From Chloroflexota bacterium (lineage in GTDB: Bacteria > Chloroflexota > Anaerolineae > Anaerolineales > Anaerolineaceae), in contig JAGVUS010000120.1 in NCBI GenBank assembly GCA_019136175.1, positions 1 to 29,038 on the forward strand: a stretch of 29,038 nucleotides of DNA. The letters run 5' to 3'. Below are positions 8,556-16,502 of the stretch, piece by piece. The notes under the pieces are model-generated. The model was not told the origin of the DNA. It saw nothing but the letters and a program-made list of their open reading frames with translations, and did not search any database. Every line of letters starts with the position of its first letter. The stretch's first letter is position 1. Both the position numbers and the translations under genes were made by a program.

Positions 8556-9944
8556 ATGGACCTCTTTGATCATTCCATGAACGAACAACTCCAACAGGAA
8601 GCTCCGCTGGCAGCCCGCCTGCGCCCTCAAACGTTCGATGAATTCATTGGGCAGGATCACATTGTCGGGGAGGGAAAATTGCTCCGGCGCGCCATCCAGG
8701 CAGACCGGTTGTTCTCGTCCATTCTCTTGACTGGTCCTCCCGGTACCGGCAAGACCACCCTTGCACAGCTGATTGCCCAATATACCGAGGCACACTTTGA
8801 GACGATCTCTGCGGTTCTGGCAGGTGTGGCGGATTTGCGCCGGATCATTGGAGAAGCGCAGGAGCGCCGCCGGTTATATCGCAAACGCACCATTCTTTTT
8901 GTGGATGAAGTACACCGTTGGAACAAGGCTCAGCAGGATGCCCTCCTTCCGCACGTGGAAACCGGCTTGATTACACTGATTGGCGCGACCACAGAAAATC
9001 CGTATTTTGATGTCATCCCGGCGTTGGTCTCCCGTTCACGCGTGTTCGAACTGAAACCCTTGAACGAGGATCAGTTGAATATCATTCTTGACCGGGCTCT
9101 GAATGACCCGGATCGGGGATATGGAAAACTGACGGTGGAACTGGATCCGGAGGCGCGGGCACACTTGTTGCGACTGTCGGGGGGAGATGCCCGCAACCTG
9201 TTGAATGCACTGGAACTGGCAGTTGAGACAACCCAGCCCAGCCTGGCAGGCGTTGTTCATGTCACACTGGAAGTGGCGGAAGAGTCGATTCAGCGCCGGG
9301 CGGTTGTTTATGGGAAAAACGGCGACCCGCATTACGATACAATTTCTGCATTTATCAAGTCTGTCCGCGGTTCCGACCCGGACGCTGCTCTTTACTGGCT
9401 GGCGAAGATGCTCCACGCTGGCGAGGATCCAAGGTTCATTCTGCGGCGGTTAATCATCCTGGCAGGAGAGGACATCGGATTGGCAGATCCACGCGGTATC
9501 CTGGTGGCAGTTGCTGCTGCCAATGCGTTTGAATTCATTGGTCTACCGGAGGGAGTCTTTCCCATTGTGGAAGCCACCCTGTACCTGGCAACCGCCCCCA
9601 AGTCCAATTCCTCCCTCAGTTATTTTGAAGCCTTAAAACGAATTGAAGAAGAAGGAGCGGGTCCAATCCCGCTTCATTTGATGGACGGAAGCCGGGATGC
9701 AGCCGGTTTGGGGCATGGAAAAGGCTACCAGTATCCCCATCAATTCCCCGGTCATTTTATCCCCCAACAGTACCTGCCGACCCCGTTATTGGGAACCACT
9801 TTTTATCAACCTTCCCAGGAGGGGTACGAAGCGGAAGTGGCGCTGCGCCTGGCAGCATGGCGGCGTGCCCAGCAGGAAGCCCTGGATGCAAATGAATCAT
9901 TGAGGCAAGCAGATGAAAATCCTCCTGTTGATCCGTCACGGTGA
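8556..9944 (+). CDS. rarA: Replication-associated recombination protein A (RarA/MgsA AAA+ ATPase)
   Basis: PLAARLRP, Walker A GPPGTGKT, Walker [37 protein letters not shown] and [11 protein letters not shown]. Start moved from 8061, because that extension is the antisense shadow of the lipoprotein gene. Confidence 0.95.
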   Translation: MDLFDHSMNEQLQQEAPLAARLRPQTFDEFIGQDHIVGEGKLLRRAIQADRLFSSILLTGPPGTGKTTLAQLIAQYTEAHFETISAVLAGVADLRRIIGEAQERRRLYRKRTILFVDEVHRWNKAQQDALLPHVETGLITLIGATTENPYFDVIPALVSRSRVFELKPLNEDQLNIILDRALNDPDRGYGKLTVELDPEARAHLLRLSGGDARNLLNALELAVETTQPSLAGVVHVTLEVAEESIQRRAVVYGKNGDPHYDTISAFIKSVRGSDPDAALYWLAKMLHAGEDPRFILRRLIILAGEDIGLADPRGILVAVAAANAFEFIGLPEGVFPIVEATLYLATAPKSNSSLSYFEALKRIEEEGAGPIPLHLMDGSRDAAGLGHGKGYQYPHQFPGHFIPQQYLPTPLLGTTFYQPSQEGYEAEVALRLAAWRRAQQEALDANESLRQADENPPVDPSR

Positions 9945-10560
9945 GAATGATGTCATGTCCTGGGGATTGGCTGGGCGGCTGCCTTGTGTTCAACTGAATG
10001 AGCGGGGAAGGCAGCAGGCTGATCTGCTTGGAAAGCACCTGCAACGGGAAAAGATTTACCGGATTTTCAGCAGTCCTTTGGAACGTGCAATGGAAACGGC
10101 TGCACCCCTGGCTGGTTCTCTTGATCTACCAATTGAAGTGCATACCGGGTTAAACGAGATTGATTATGGTCAATTGCAGGGATGGAAATATTCTGATTTA
10201 CAGGCGCTGGAAATATGGCGGGAAATGCTGGAACATCCCGAATCTGTTCAGTTCCCCGGTGGGGAGTCTCTCCAGCAGGCGCAGGAACGCATTGTTCACG
10301 CCCTGCTCGAGATTCGAAATTTGTTGGATGACCATGAAATCGCTGCCTGTTTCACCCATGGTGATGTGGTGCGCTTGGGGGTTTTGCATACCCTGGGATT
10401 GCCAATCCAATCCATCCACCAGTTTCAAATCCTGCCGGCATCCGTCACAGCGATTGCCTGGAATGGTGCGATGACCAGCCTTTTGTTTGTAAATCAGATC
10501 TATATGGATGGCACTTTGCATCCTTTATTAAAGCTTGCACAGACTGGCAAGGAGGCATAA
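9913..10560 (+). CDS. Histidine phosphatase family protein (phosphoglycerate mutase-like)
   Basis: RHGEND, SSPLERAMETA, LNEIDYG, PGGES and the second His in THGD. Confidence 0.9.
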   Translation: MKILLLIRHGENDVMSWGLAGRLPCVQLNERGRQQADLLGKHLQREKIYRIFSSPLERAMETAAPLAGSLDLPIEVHTGLNEIDYGQLQGWKYSDLQALEIWREMLEHPESVQFPGGESLQQAQERIVHALLEIRNLLDDHEIAACFTHGDVVRLGVLHTLGLPIQSIHQFQILPASVTAIAWNGAMTSLLFVNQIYMDGTLHPLLKLAQTGKEA

Positions 10561-10567
10561 CCATCCG

Positions 10568-11407
10568 ATGATTTCCGGAGATTTTTTCGGTCGTCCAACT
10601 GCATTTCTGCAAAATGACCTGATCCGTGTGGAATATCTCACCCATGCGGGTCCCAGGATTGTCCGGGTTTTTCTGGATGGGGATCCGGAAAATCAACTGG
10701 CAGAGATGAACCACAAACAGATAGAAACCTCCGAGGGAACTTTTAACATGATGGGTGGGCACCGCTTATGGCATGCTCCTGAATCCAGTCCGCGTACCTA
10801 TATTCCAGACGAAGATGGCGTATCTTTGATTCAACGGGAACAGGAGGTTGTGCTGCTCGGTCCTGTGGAGGCAAAGACGGGAATTCAGAAGCAAATCCGG
10901 CTTGAATTGAAGGAGGGCTTGCGCGGGTTGATTCTTCACCATCGCCTGACCAATTTTGGATTCTGGATGGTGGAGCTGGCACCCTGGGCAATTACTCAAT
11001 TTCCGCTGGGAGGGGAGGCGCGGTTTTCCGTGGATGCACCTGTCACCTCGCCATATTTGCCAAACCGGCAGATTACTTTCTGGTCCTATACGAGAACCAA
11101 CGATCCCAGGCTAAAAATCAACGATCAGGATGTTGTCATTTCTGCAGAGGCTGGTTCGCCACCGTTTAAAATTGGTTCCATGAATCACCAGGGTTGGGTC
11201 AGCTATACCCGGAGGGGATGGCGGTTTGAAAAACGCTTCCAGCCCCAGGTGGACCGAATCCACCCTGACATGAACTGTAATACGGAAATTTACGTCTGGG
11301 ACGATTTCATCGAGTTGGAGACGTTGGGTCCAATTGCCAGGTTGGCGCCCGGCGAATCTGTGGAGCATGAGGAGGTATGGGAATGGTCACGCACGAAGCA
11401 GAGTTGA
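10568..11407 (+). CDS. Hypothetical beta-rich protein, DUF4380-like / galactose-mutarotase-like fold (tentative)
   Basis: GPRIV, GGHRLWHAPE, PWAITQ and ELETLGP motifs; beta-strand-rich composition. Start moved to ATG 10568 (SD AAGGAGG). The family name is from recall, not a search. Confidence 0.65.
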   Translation: MISGDFFGRPTAFLQNDLIRVEYLTHAGPRIVRVFLDGDPENQLAEMNHKQIETSEGTFNMMGGHRLWHAPESSPRTYIPDEDGVSLIQREQEVVLLGPVEAKTGIQKQIRLELKEGLRGLILHHRLTNFGFWMVELAPWAITQFPLGGEARFSVDAPVTSPYLPNRQITFWSYTRTNDPRLKINDQDVVISAEAGSPPFKIGSMNHQGWVSYTRRGWRFEKRFQPQVDRIHPDMNCNTEIYVWDDFIELETLGPIARLAPGESVEHEEVWEWSRTKQS

Positions 11408-12399
11408 AATTACCGGTTGAAATGTGTGATGCCGCTGGCAACCTGAACCCGGCTGCTGTCGGTTGGTCGCGCAAGCCGCTTCATGGATGCAACCTGTCAG
11501 GAAGATGGGGGCGAAAAAAGCGCTGGAATTACTGGTGCATAACCAACCAGGACATGTTGTTTTCCTTAACGCTCTCCCATCTGGATTACCTGGGATTGGC
11601 ATTTATTTATTATCTCGATTTTGCAAGCGGGAAATTTATGGAACAAACCGTCACCCGGCTTTTTGGCAAGGGTTGCGATCTTCCCGAAGGATTGGGCGGG
11701 CTGATTCAGTTTGAGGATTCAGCGCTCCGCATGGAAATGCGTGATTCTGGAAATGATATTTACCTGCGGGTCGACAGCCCGGCATTTGGCGGTGAGAAAC
11801 TGCATGCCGAATTCCAGGTCAGCCGCCCGGTGGGACACGAGACCTTGAATGTCGTGATCCCGTGGAGCAAGCGTTTGTATCAGTTCACATCCAAGCAGAA
11901 TTGTCTTCCAGCAACCGGGAAGATTCAGATTGGAAATCGCAAACAGGAAATGGGTCTGGACAGCTTTGCCTGTCTTGATTTTGGGCGGGGCATCTGGCGG
12001 TATGCTTCCTCCTGGAACTGGGCAGCTTTTTCCACCCGGCAAAATGGGCACACGGTGGGTGTCAACATGGGAGGGAAGTGGACCGATGGAACGGGCATGA
12101 CCGAGAATGGCATCTGCCTGGATGGGAGGTTAAGCAAGATTGGCGAAGATCTGCTATTTGATTATGATCCGGGAAATTTTATGAAGCCATGGAGTATCCG
12201 TACACCCCAAAGCGAACAGATTCGCCTGGAATTTACGCCATTCTTTGAACGGATTGCGAAAACGGACGCCCTCGTACTGCGATCGGAAGTGCACCAGATG
12301 ATTGGACGTTTTTGCGGAACCGTGATCACGGATAACGGCGAACAGATCAGCATCCAGGATGCGATTGGCTGGGCTGAGGAGCATCAAGCCCGCTGGTGA
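11383..12399 (+). CDS. DUF2804 domain-containing protein
   Basis: GWSRKP, KKRWNYW, FQ/YQFTSKQN, DFGRGIW, WNWA, ENG and HQMIGRF motifs are characteristic of DUF2804. SD GAGGAGG lies 7 nt before ATG 11383. Confidence 0.85.
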   Translation: MVTHEAELKLPVEMCDAAGNLNPAAVGWSRKPLHGCNLSGRWGRKKRWNYWCITNQDMLFSLTLSHLDYLGLAFIYYLDFASGKFMEQTVTRLFGKGCDLPEGLGGLIQFEDSALRMEMRDSGNDIYLRVDSPAFGGEKLHAEFQVSRPVGHETLNVVIPWSKRLYQFTSKQNCLPATGKIQIGNRKQEMGLDSFACLDFGRGIWRYASSWNWAAFSTRQNGHTVGVNMGGKWTDGTGMTENGICLDGRLSKIGEDLLFDYDPGNFMKPWSIRTPQSEQIRLEFTPFFERIAKTDALVLRSEVHQMIGRFCGTVITDNGEQISIQDAIGWAEEHQARW

Positions 12400-12401
12400 T
12401 G
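12392..12401 (+). repeat. 10-bp direct repeat, left copy (GCTGGTGATG), overlapping the DUF2804 stop
   Basis: Identical to 15506-15515. The two copies bracket the AT-richer oxidoreductase cluster. Confidence 0.5.
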
Positions 12402-12439
12402 ATCAATGCCCGACGGTGTGTTTTCCTATAAATATCCTT

Positions 12440-13342
12440 TTAAGCAGCACTCAATTTCCGGAGTAAGTCCATTCTTTTATCCACCAACTCCTGGATCTGT
12501 GCAATATCGTCAGGAGACAGGTGACTGAATTTTCGTAATAGGTTGAGCAGGTCCGAAACAGGGATGGGATTTTTGTTATCCAACAATTTCCACTTTCCCT
12601 GCTCCACTTCAAATAACGGAAAGAAGTTGGATTTTACTGCTTTTCTTGCCACTTCGATGGTTTGATCCGTCTCATGTCCCCAGCCCGTTGGACATGGGGA
12701 GAAGATGTGAATATATGCAAACCCCTTTTTGCTGGCTTGAATGCCTTTTGTTACCTTGTCCACCATATCTTTCATATTGGATGGTGACGCAGTGGCAACA
12801 TATTCCACATTGTGCATAGCCATAATCAGGGGCATATATTTCTGGTTTTGAGATTTGCCATCCTGTACTTTTCCCACGGGGGTTGTGGAGGTCCTGGAAC
12901 CTTTGGATGAGGTGGAGCTTCTTTGAAAACCCGTATTCATGTACCCTTCATTGTCATAGCAAATATAGAGCAACTTTTCTCCACGTTCAGCGGCTCCAGA
13001 AAGGGATTGAAATCCACAGTCAGCTGTTGCCCCGTCTCCTGCAAAGGCAATGATGTTAACATCGGGACGATTTTTTCGTTGATACATATTTGTTACGCCG
13101 CTTAGAAATGAGGCTGTATTATCCAATAATGGGATATGTACGGGGATCTTGAGACCATTGTCAAAATTCCATCCCACAACACCAGCGCCTGCCATACAGC
13201 CTGGTGGAATGCTCAAAATGGTATTTCTACCTGCAACTTGCAGCACCCTTCGTAAACATAATTCCGCACCACAACCCTGGCAGGCTGACATCCCCGCTGT
13301 GACCAAATCTTCTGATTGTCTGATCAGGTCGATATAGTTCAT
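12440..13342 (-). CDS. porB: 2-oxoacid:ferredoxin oxidoreductase beta subunit (TPP-binding)
   Basis: ACQGCG, PPGC, TPP motif GDG...YDNEGYMNTG, QRSSTS and SPCPTGW. The symbol denotes the family; substrate is unverified. Confidence 0.9.
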   Translation of the reverse strand: MNYIDLIRQSEDLVTAGMSACQGCGAELCLRRVLQVAGRNTILSIPPGCMAGAGVVGWNFDNGLKIPVHIPLLDNTASFLSGVTNMYQRKNRPDVNIIAFAGDGATADCGFQSLSGAAERGEKLLYICYDNEGYMNTGFQRSSTSSKGSRTSTTPVGKVQDGKSQNQKYMPLIMAMHNVEYVATASPSNMKDMVDKVTKGIQASKKGFAYIHIFSPCPTGWGHETDQTIEVARKAVKSNFFPLFEVEQGKWKLLDNKNPIPVSDLLNLLRKFSHLSPDDIAQIQELVDKRMDLLRKLSAA

Positions 13343-13367
13343 GGATATGCTCCTTATGAATCTTCAA

Positions 13368-14555
13368 TTACTGAAACCAATAAGTGTCCAGTTGCCCGGG
13401 CTGTTGACTGCCTTGTTTTACAAGCACCTGGATGCAGGTTACAAGCTGATCCACGGAAATATCAGCGCCCCCCAACCCGCCAATTGCTGGCATACTGGAT
13501 ATTGGGTGACCCAACTCTGAAATGGCTGCCTTGATTTCCATGTACAGCACGCCGGTATTCCATCCAAAGCAAACATTTTTATCAATCACCACAAACCCTT
13601 GTTTACCGCTTAAGATTTCCCTGATCTTTTTATCTGGGAATGGTCTCAAGAATCGCACTTTTAAAAGCCCAATTTTCATCCCCAGACTGCGGGCAACATC
13701 CACGGCTTCCCTGGCGGTTCCGGTGGTGGCACCCATTGTAACAATAACAAAATCGGCGTCATCCATTTTGTACGTATCAATGACACCCCCATACCGCCTG
13801 CCAAAAACTTGCTCAAACGCATCATCGGTTTGCTCAATGACCTGAAGGGCTTTTTGCATGGCATCCAGGTGACCTTTGCGATACCTCCATAAGATTTCCC
13901 CCGATGTCAGGGGGTCTACTGCCATGGGTGTATCCGGGTCCAGGCTGACGTGATCCGCATGATAGACCCCAAGGAAATCATCCACCGCTGGCTGGTGAGG
14001 GATTTCCACCCGTTCGGTGAGATGTGAAAGATAAAAGCCATCGTAACAGACATTCACAGGCAGTAAAACATCCGGGTGTTCAGCAATTTTGTATCCTTGA
14101 ATGATCATATCCAGGATTTCCTGATTATTCTCAACATAGACCTGGATCCATCCTGCATCTCGAACCGAAACCGCATCCTGCTGTCCACTCCAGACTGTTT
14201 CTGGAGAAGTCATCTCCCTGGTTGCGATCGCCATAACCATTGGCAATCGCAGTGTGGACATTCGAAAATAAGGCTCATACATCAAAGCCAATCCTTGTGC
14301 CGATGTGGCGGTAAAGGTTCGACCTCCAGCAACAGCAGCTCCTTGAACCACGCTCATCGCAGAATGCTCAGACTCCACCTGGATCATGGTGGAATTCAGA
14401 TCACCCTGGGCTATCATCTGAGCCAGAGATTCTACAACTGAAGATTGAGGAGTAATGGGATAGGCTGCGATCAAATCAGGCCTGGAAAGAGCCGCACCCA
14501 TTGCAGCAGATTTATTGCCACTGATTGCAACAATACGGTTTTGGTTGGTATTCAT
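13368..14555 (-). CDS. porA: 2-oxoacid:ferredoxin oxidoreductase alpha subunit
   Basis: AYPITPQS, VESEHSAMS, FTATSAQGL, DGFYLSH and GGLGGAD. The symbol denotes the family; substrate is unverified. Confidence 0.92.
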   Translation of the reverse strand: MNTNQNRIVAISGNKSAAMGAALSRPDLIAAYPITPQSSVVESLAQMIAQGDLNSTMIQVESEHSAMSVVQGAAVAGGRTFTATSAQGLALMYEPYFRMSTLRLPMVMAIATREMTSPETVWSGQQDAVSVRDAGWIQVYVENNQEILDMIIQGYKIAEHPDVLLPVNVCYDGFYLSHLTERVEIPHQPAVDDFLGVYHADHVSLDPDTPMAVDPLTSGEILWRYRKGHLDAMQKALQVIEQTDDAFEQVFGRRYGGVIDTYKMDDADFVIVTMGATTGTAREAVDVARSLGMKIGLLKVRFLRPFPDKKIREILSGKQGFVVIDKNVCFGWNTGVLYMEIKAAISELGHPISSMPAIGGLGGADISVDQLVTCIQVLVKQGSQQPGQLDTYWFQ

Positions 14556-14556
14556 C

Positions 14557-14820
14557 TTACTCTATGCTTTCCCTTACCATAATGATTGCTTTGGTCGGAC
14601 ATTCCCTGGCACAAATGCCGCATCCCTTGCAATATTGGTAACCGATTTCGTAAATTTTGTTTTCATCCCCGGTAATGGATCCAACGGGGCAGAAGATCAT
14701 ACATAATCCACAGTTGGTACATTTTTCTTTTAACATCACGGGTTTAAACGTTCTCCAGCTGCCTGTGTCGAGTGTATAAATTCCTTCATCACCCACGGGA
14801 GTAATAAACTTTTTGGACAT
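14557..14820 (-). CDS. porD: 2-oxoacid:ferredoxin oxidoreductase delta subunit (2x[4Fe-4S])
   Basis: TGSWRTFKP plus two CxxCxxCxxxCP motifs. The start overlaps the gamma-subunit stop (TAATG). Confidence 0.92.
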   Translation of the reverse strand: MSKKFITPVGDEGIYTLDTGSWRTFKPVMLKEKCTNCGLCMIFCPVGSITGDENKIYEIGYQYCKGCGICARECPTKAIIMVRESIE

Positions 14821-15368
14821 TAAAATTCCTCCTGTTTTACGAGTTGAACATTTTCATATGCATCAATCGCTGCCAGCGCATTATCATTGTTAAAAGCCAG
14901 CCTGATTTTTTCTTGAAGGATCTGCCAGTTGACCCATCCTGTAGCTTTTGCAAAAGCTCCCAGCATGGCTGTATTGGGGATTGGTTTTTTAAATCTCTCC
15001 AAGGCAATCCCGGTTGCATTGATGGAAAATACTTTCATGGGTTTTTCAGGTAAGGGCAAGCTTTCAACGGTTTTTTCGGTATTAATAATCACCACACCAT
15101 GATCAACAAGTCCCAAAAAGGTTTGCGGCAGGTTGAGGAGAGTATCATCAAAGACCATCAGGACTTCTGGATGATAAACCTGGCACTTGACCCGGATCTC
15201 CTTGTCATCAATCCTGAGAAATCCAAATACCGGGGAGCCCTTTCGTTCCACTCCGAAAAATGGAATAAAGTGGGCGTACAAGCCTCCCTCAACAACAGTC
15301 TCCACCAATATCTGGGCAGATTTAACAACTCCCTGCCCTCCGCGTCCGTGGAATCGGATCTCTTTCAT
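14820..15368 (-). CDS. porC: 2-oxoacid:ferredoxin oxidoreductase gamma subunit
   Basis: EIRFHGRGGQG, FGVERKGSPV and NTAMLGA. Start moved to ATG 15368 (SD GGGAGG). Confidence 0.92.
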   Translation of the reverse strand: MKEIRFHGRGGQGVVKSAQILVETVVEGGLYAHFIPFFGVERKGSPVFGFLRIDDKEIRVKCQVYHPEVLMVFDDTLLNLPQTFLGLVDHGVVIINTEKTVESLPLPEKPMKVFSINATGIALERFKKPIPNTAMLGAFAKATGWVNWQILQEKIRLAFNNDNALAAIDAYENVQLVKQEEF

Positions 15369-15416
15369 TAAACACGCCTCCCTCACCAAATAATTCATAC
15401 TATTTTTGTTTTCTTT

Positions 15417-15422
15417 ATTATA
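15417..15422 (-). promoter_or_regulatory. -10 element of the oxidoreductase operon
   Basis: TATAAT on the minus strand 48 nt upstream of ATG 15368, with only a poor -35 (TTATCG). The context is AT-rich, so a chance match is possible. Confidence 0.5.
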
Positions 15423-15446
15423 AATTGATATTTGATTTCCGATAAG

Positions 15447-15462
15447 TTGATTGGTCAATCAA
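15447..15462. promoter_or_regulatory. Palindromic operator candidate TTGATTG-GT-CAATCAA
   Basis: Perfect 7-bp inverted arms around a 2-nt centre, just upstream of the -35 position of the por promoter. Confidence 0.55.
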
Positions 15463-15505
15463 TGTTTTTTTTATATTCAGTTATAAGTGCAACCGCATTC
15501 TGACT

Positions 15506-15515
15506 GCTGGTGATG
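15506..15515 (+). repeat. 10-bp direct repeat, right copy (GCTGGTGATG)
   Basis: Identical to 12392-12401. It lies just beyond the end of the AT-rich tract, upstream of the ppa -10 box. Confidence 0.5.
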
Positions 15516-15525
15516 GAGACTCAGG

Positions 15526-15531
15526 TATAAT
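15526..15531 (+). promoter_or_regulatory. -10 element for ppa
   Basis: TATAAT 25 nt upstream of ATG 15557, with no convincing -35. Confidence 0.5.
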
Positions 15532-15556
15532 GAATGCTACGAAAGAGGAATCATCC

Positions 15557-16168
15557 ATGACATTTCCCAAACCATTTTATCGATGGCGTCCGCATCCCTG
15601 GCATGGGCTTGACCTGGGACCCAATCCGCCTGCAATTATCCATGCCTATATTGAGATCACCCCATTTGACCTGGTGAAATATGAGGTTGACAAAACTACT
15701 GGTTATTTACGGGTGGATCGTCCGCAGCGCAGTTCCTCGCAACCCCCAACACTCTATGGGATTATTCCCCGAACCTATTGTGGAGACCGGGTGCGGGCAC
15801 TTTCACCCCATGCAAAGAAAGGTGACGGCGATCCGCTTGATATCTGCGTCATCAGCGAGCGCCCCATCACCAAGTCGGAAGTGGTGTTGAATGTAAGAGT
15901 CATTGGCGGAATCAAGATGATTGACAATGAGGAAGCCGACGATAAAATCATCGGTGTACTGGCGAATGACAGCTTTTGGGACAGCGCAATGGATATTGAT
16001 GATCTGCCACCTGTCCTTGTGGAAAGATTGCGGCATTATTTCAGCACCTATAAAATCGTTCCCGGCAAGGAAAATGTCACTTTTATTGACAGCGTTTACA
16101 ACCTGGAGCACGCACTGAAGGTGGTGGAAGCATCCATTATGGACTATAACGAGGAATTCGGTGGTTGA
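15557..16168 (+). CDS. ppa: Inorganic pyrophosphatase, family I
   Basis: [22 protein letters not shown], signature DGDPLDICV and DDKIIGV. Start moved to ATG 15557 (SD AGAGGA). Confidence 0.95.
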   Translation: MTFPKPFYRWRPHPWHGLDLGPNPPAIIHAYIEITPFDLVKYEVDKTTGYLRVDRPQRSSSQPPTLYGIIPRTYCGDRVRALSPHAKKGDGDPLDICVISERPITKSEVVLNVRVIGGIKMIDNEEADDKIIGVLANDSFWDSAMDIDDLPPVLVERLRHYFSTYKIVPGKENVTFIDSVYNLEHALKVVEASIMDYNEEFGG

Positions 16169-16189
16169 TTGATCATTCTTCCTGATGGG

Positions 16190-16219
16190 ACCGCCCGGAA
16201 TTTGCCGGGCGGTTTTTTT
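16190..16219 (+). terminator. Intrinsic terminator after ppa
   Basis: 9-bp stem ACCGCCCGG/CCGGGCGGT, loop AATTTG, followed by a T-run. The stem is identical to the hairpin at 7447-7470. Confidence 0.85.
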
Positions 16220-16270
16220 ACAACTTTTAATAATTTCCAGCGTACATTCTTTTGAACACAAGGAGAATGT

Positions 16271-16495
16271 ATGATGGATGATCGTCCAGGTTGTCTTTCG
16301 GGGATATTTAAATTTTTCCTGCTTGGCTGGTTGTATGACTGGCTGCAGGATACGTTTGGTTATGGCAGGGGGGGATGCATTGGCTGCGGTTGTGGGACAA
16401 TCCTGCTGATCCTGATGATCATTGCAGTATTATCCATCATTTTTAATACCGATTGGCTGAGCCTCACAGCCATTCCGGGTTTCCCGGTGATGTGA
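16271..16495 (+). CDS. Small hypothetical membrane protein with GCIGCGC motif
   Basis: 74 aa, strong SD AAGGAGA, an amphipathic N-terminal helix, a Gly/Cys motif and one TM helix. Confidence 0.75.
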   Translation: MMDDRPGCLSGIFKFFLLGWLYDWLQDTFGYGRGGCIGCGCGTILLILMIIAVLSIIFNTDWLSLTAIPGFPVM

Positions 16496-16502
16496 CCAAT
16501 TT

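Larger units (their letters stand above)
12402..15505. mobile_element. Putative horizontally acquired low-GC islet carrying a four-subunit 2-oxoacid:ferredoxin oxidoreductase
   Basis: Hand-counted 60-nt lines inside are mostly 35-45% GC, versus about 55% in most flanking lines (one ppa line was 43%). Orientation is opposite to both flanks and a 10-bp direct repeat marks the borders. No integrase or transposase is present. Confidence 0.55.

Noticed and set aside
12477-12485. DnaA-box-like TTATCCACC
   Set aside because: Single mismatched copy inside the porB coding sequence, not part of a cluster.
15447-15462. Calling the palindrome an FNR box
   Set aside because: The spacer between TTGAT and ATCAA is 6 nt, not 4; kept only as an unassigned operator.
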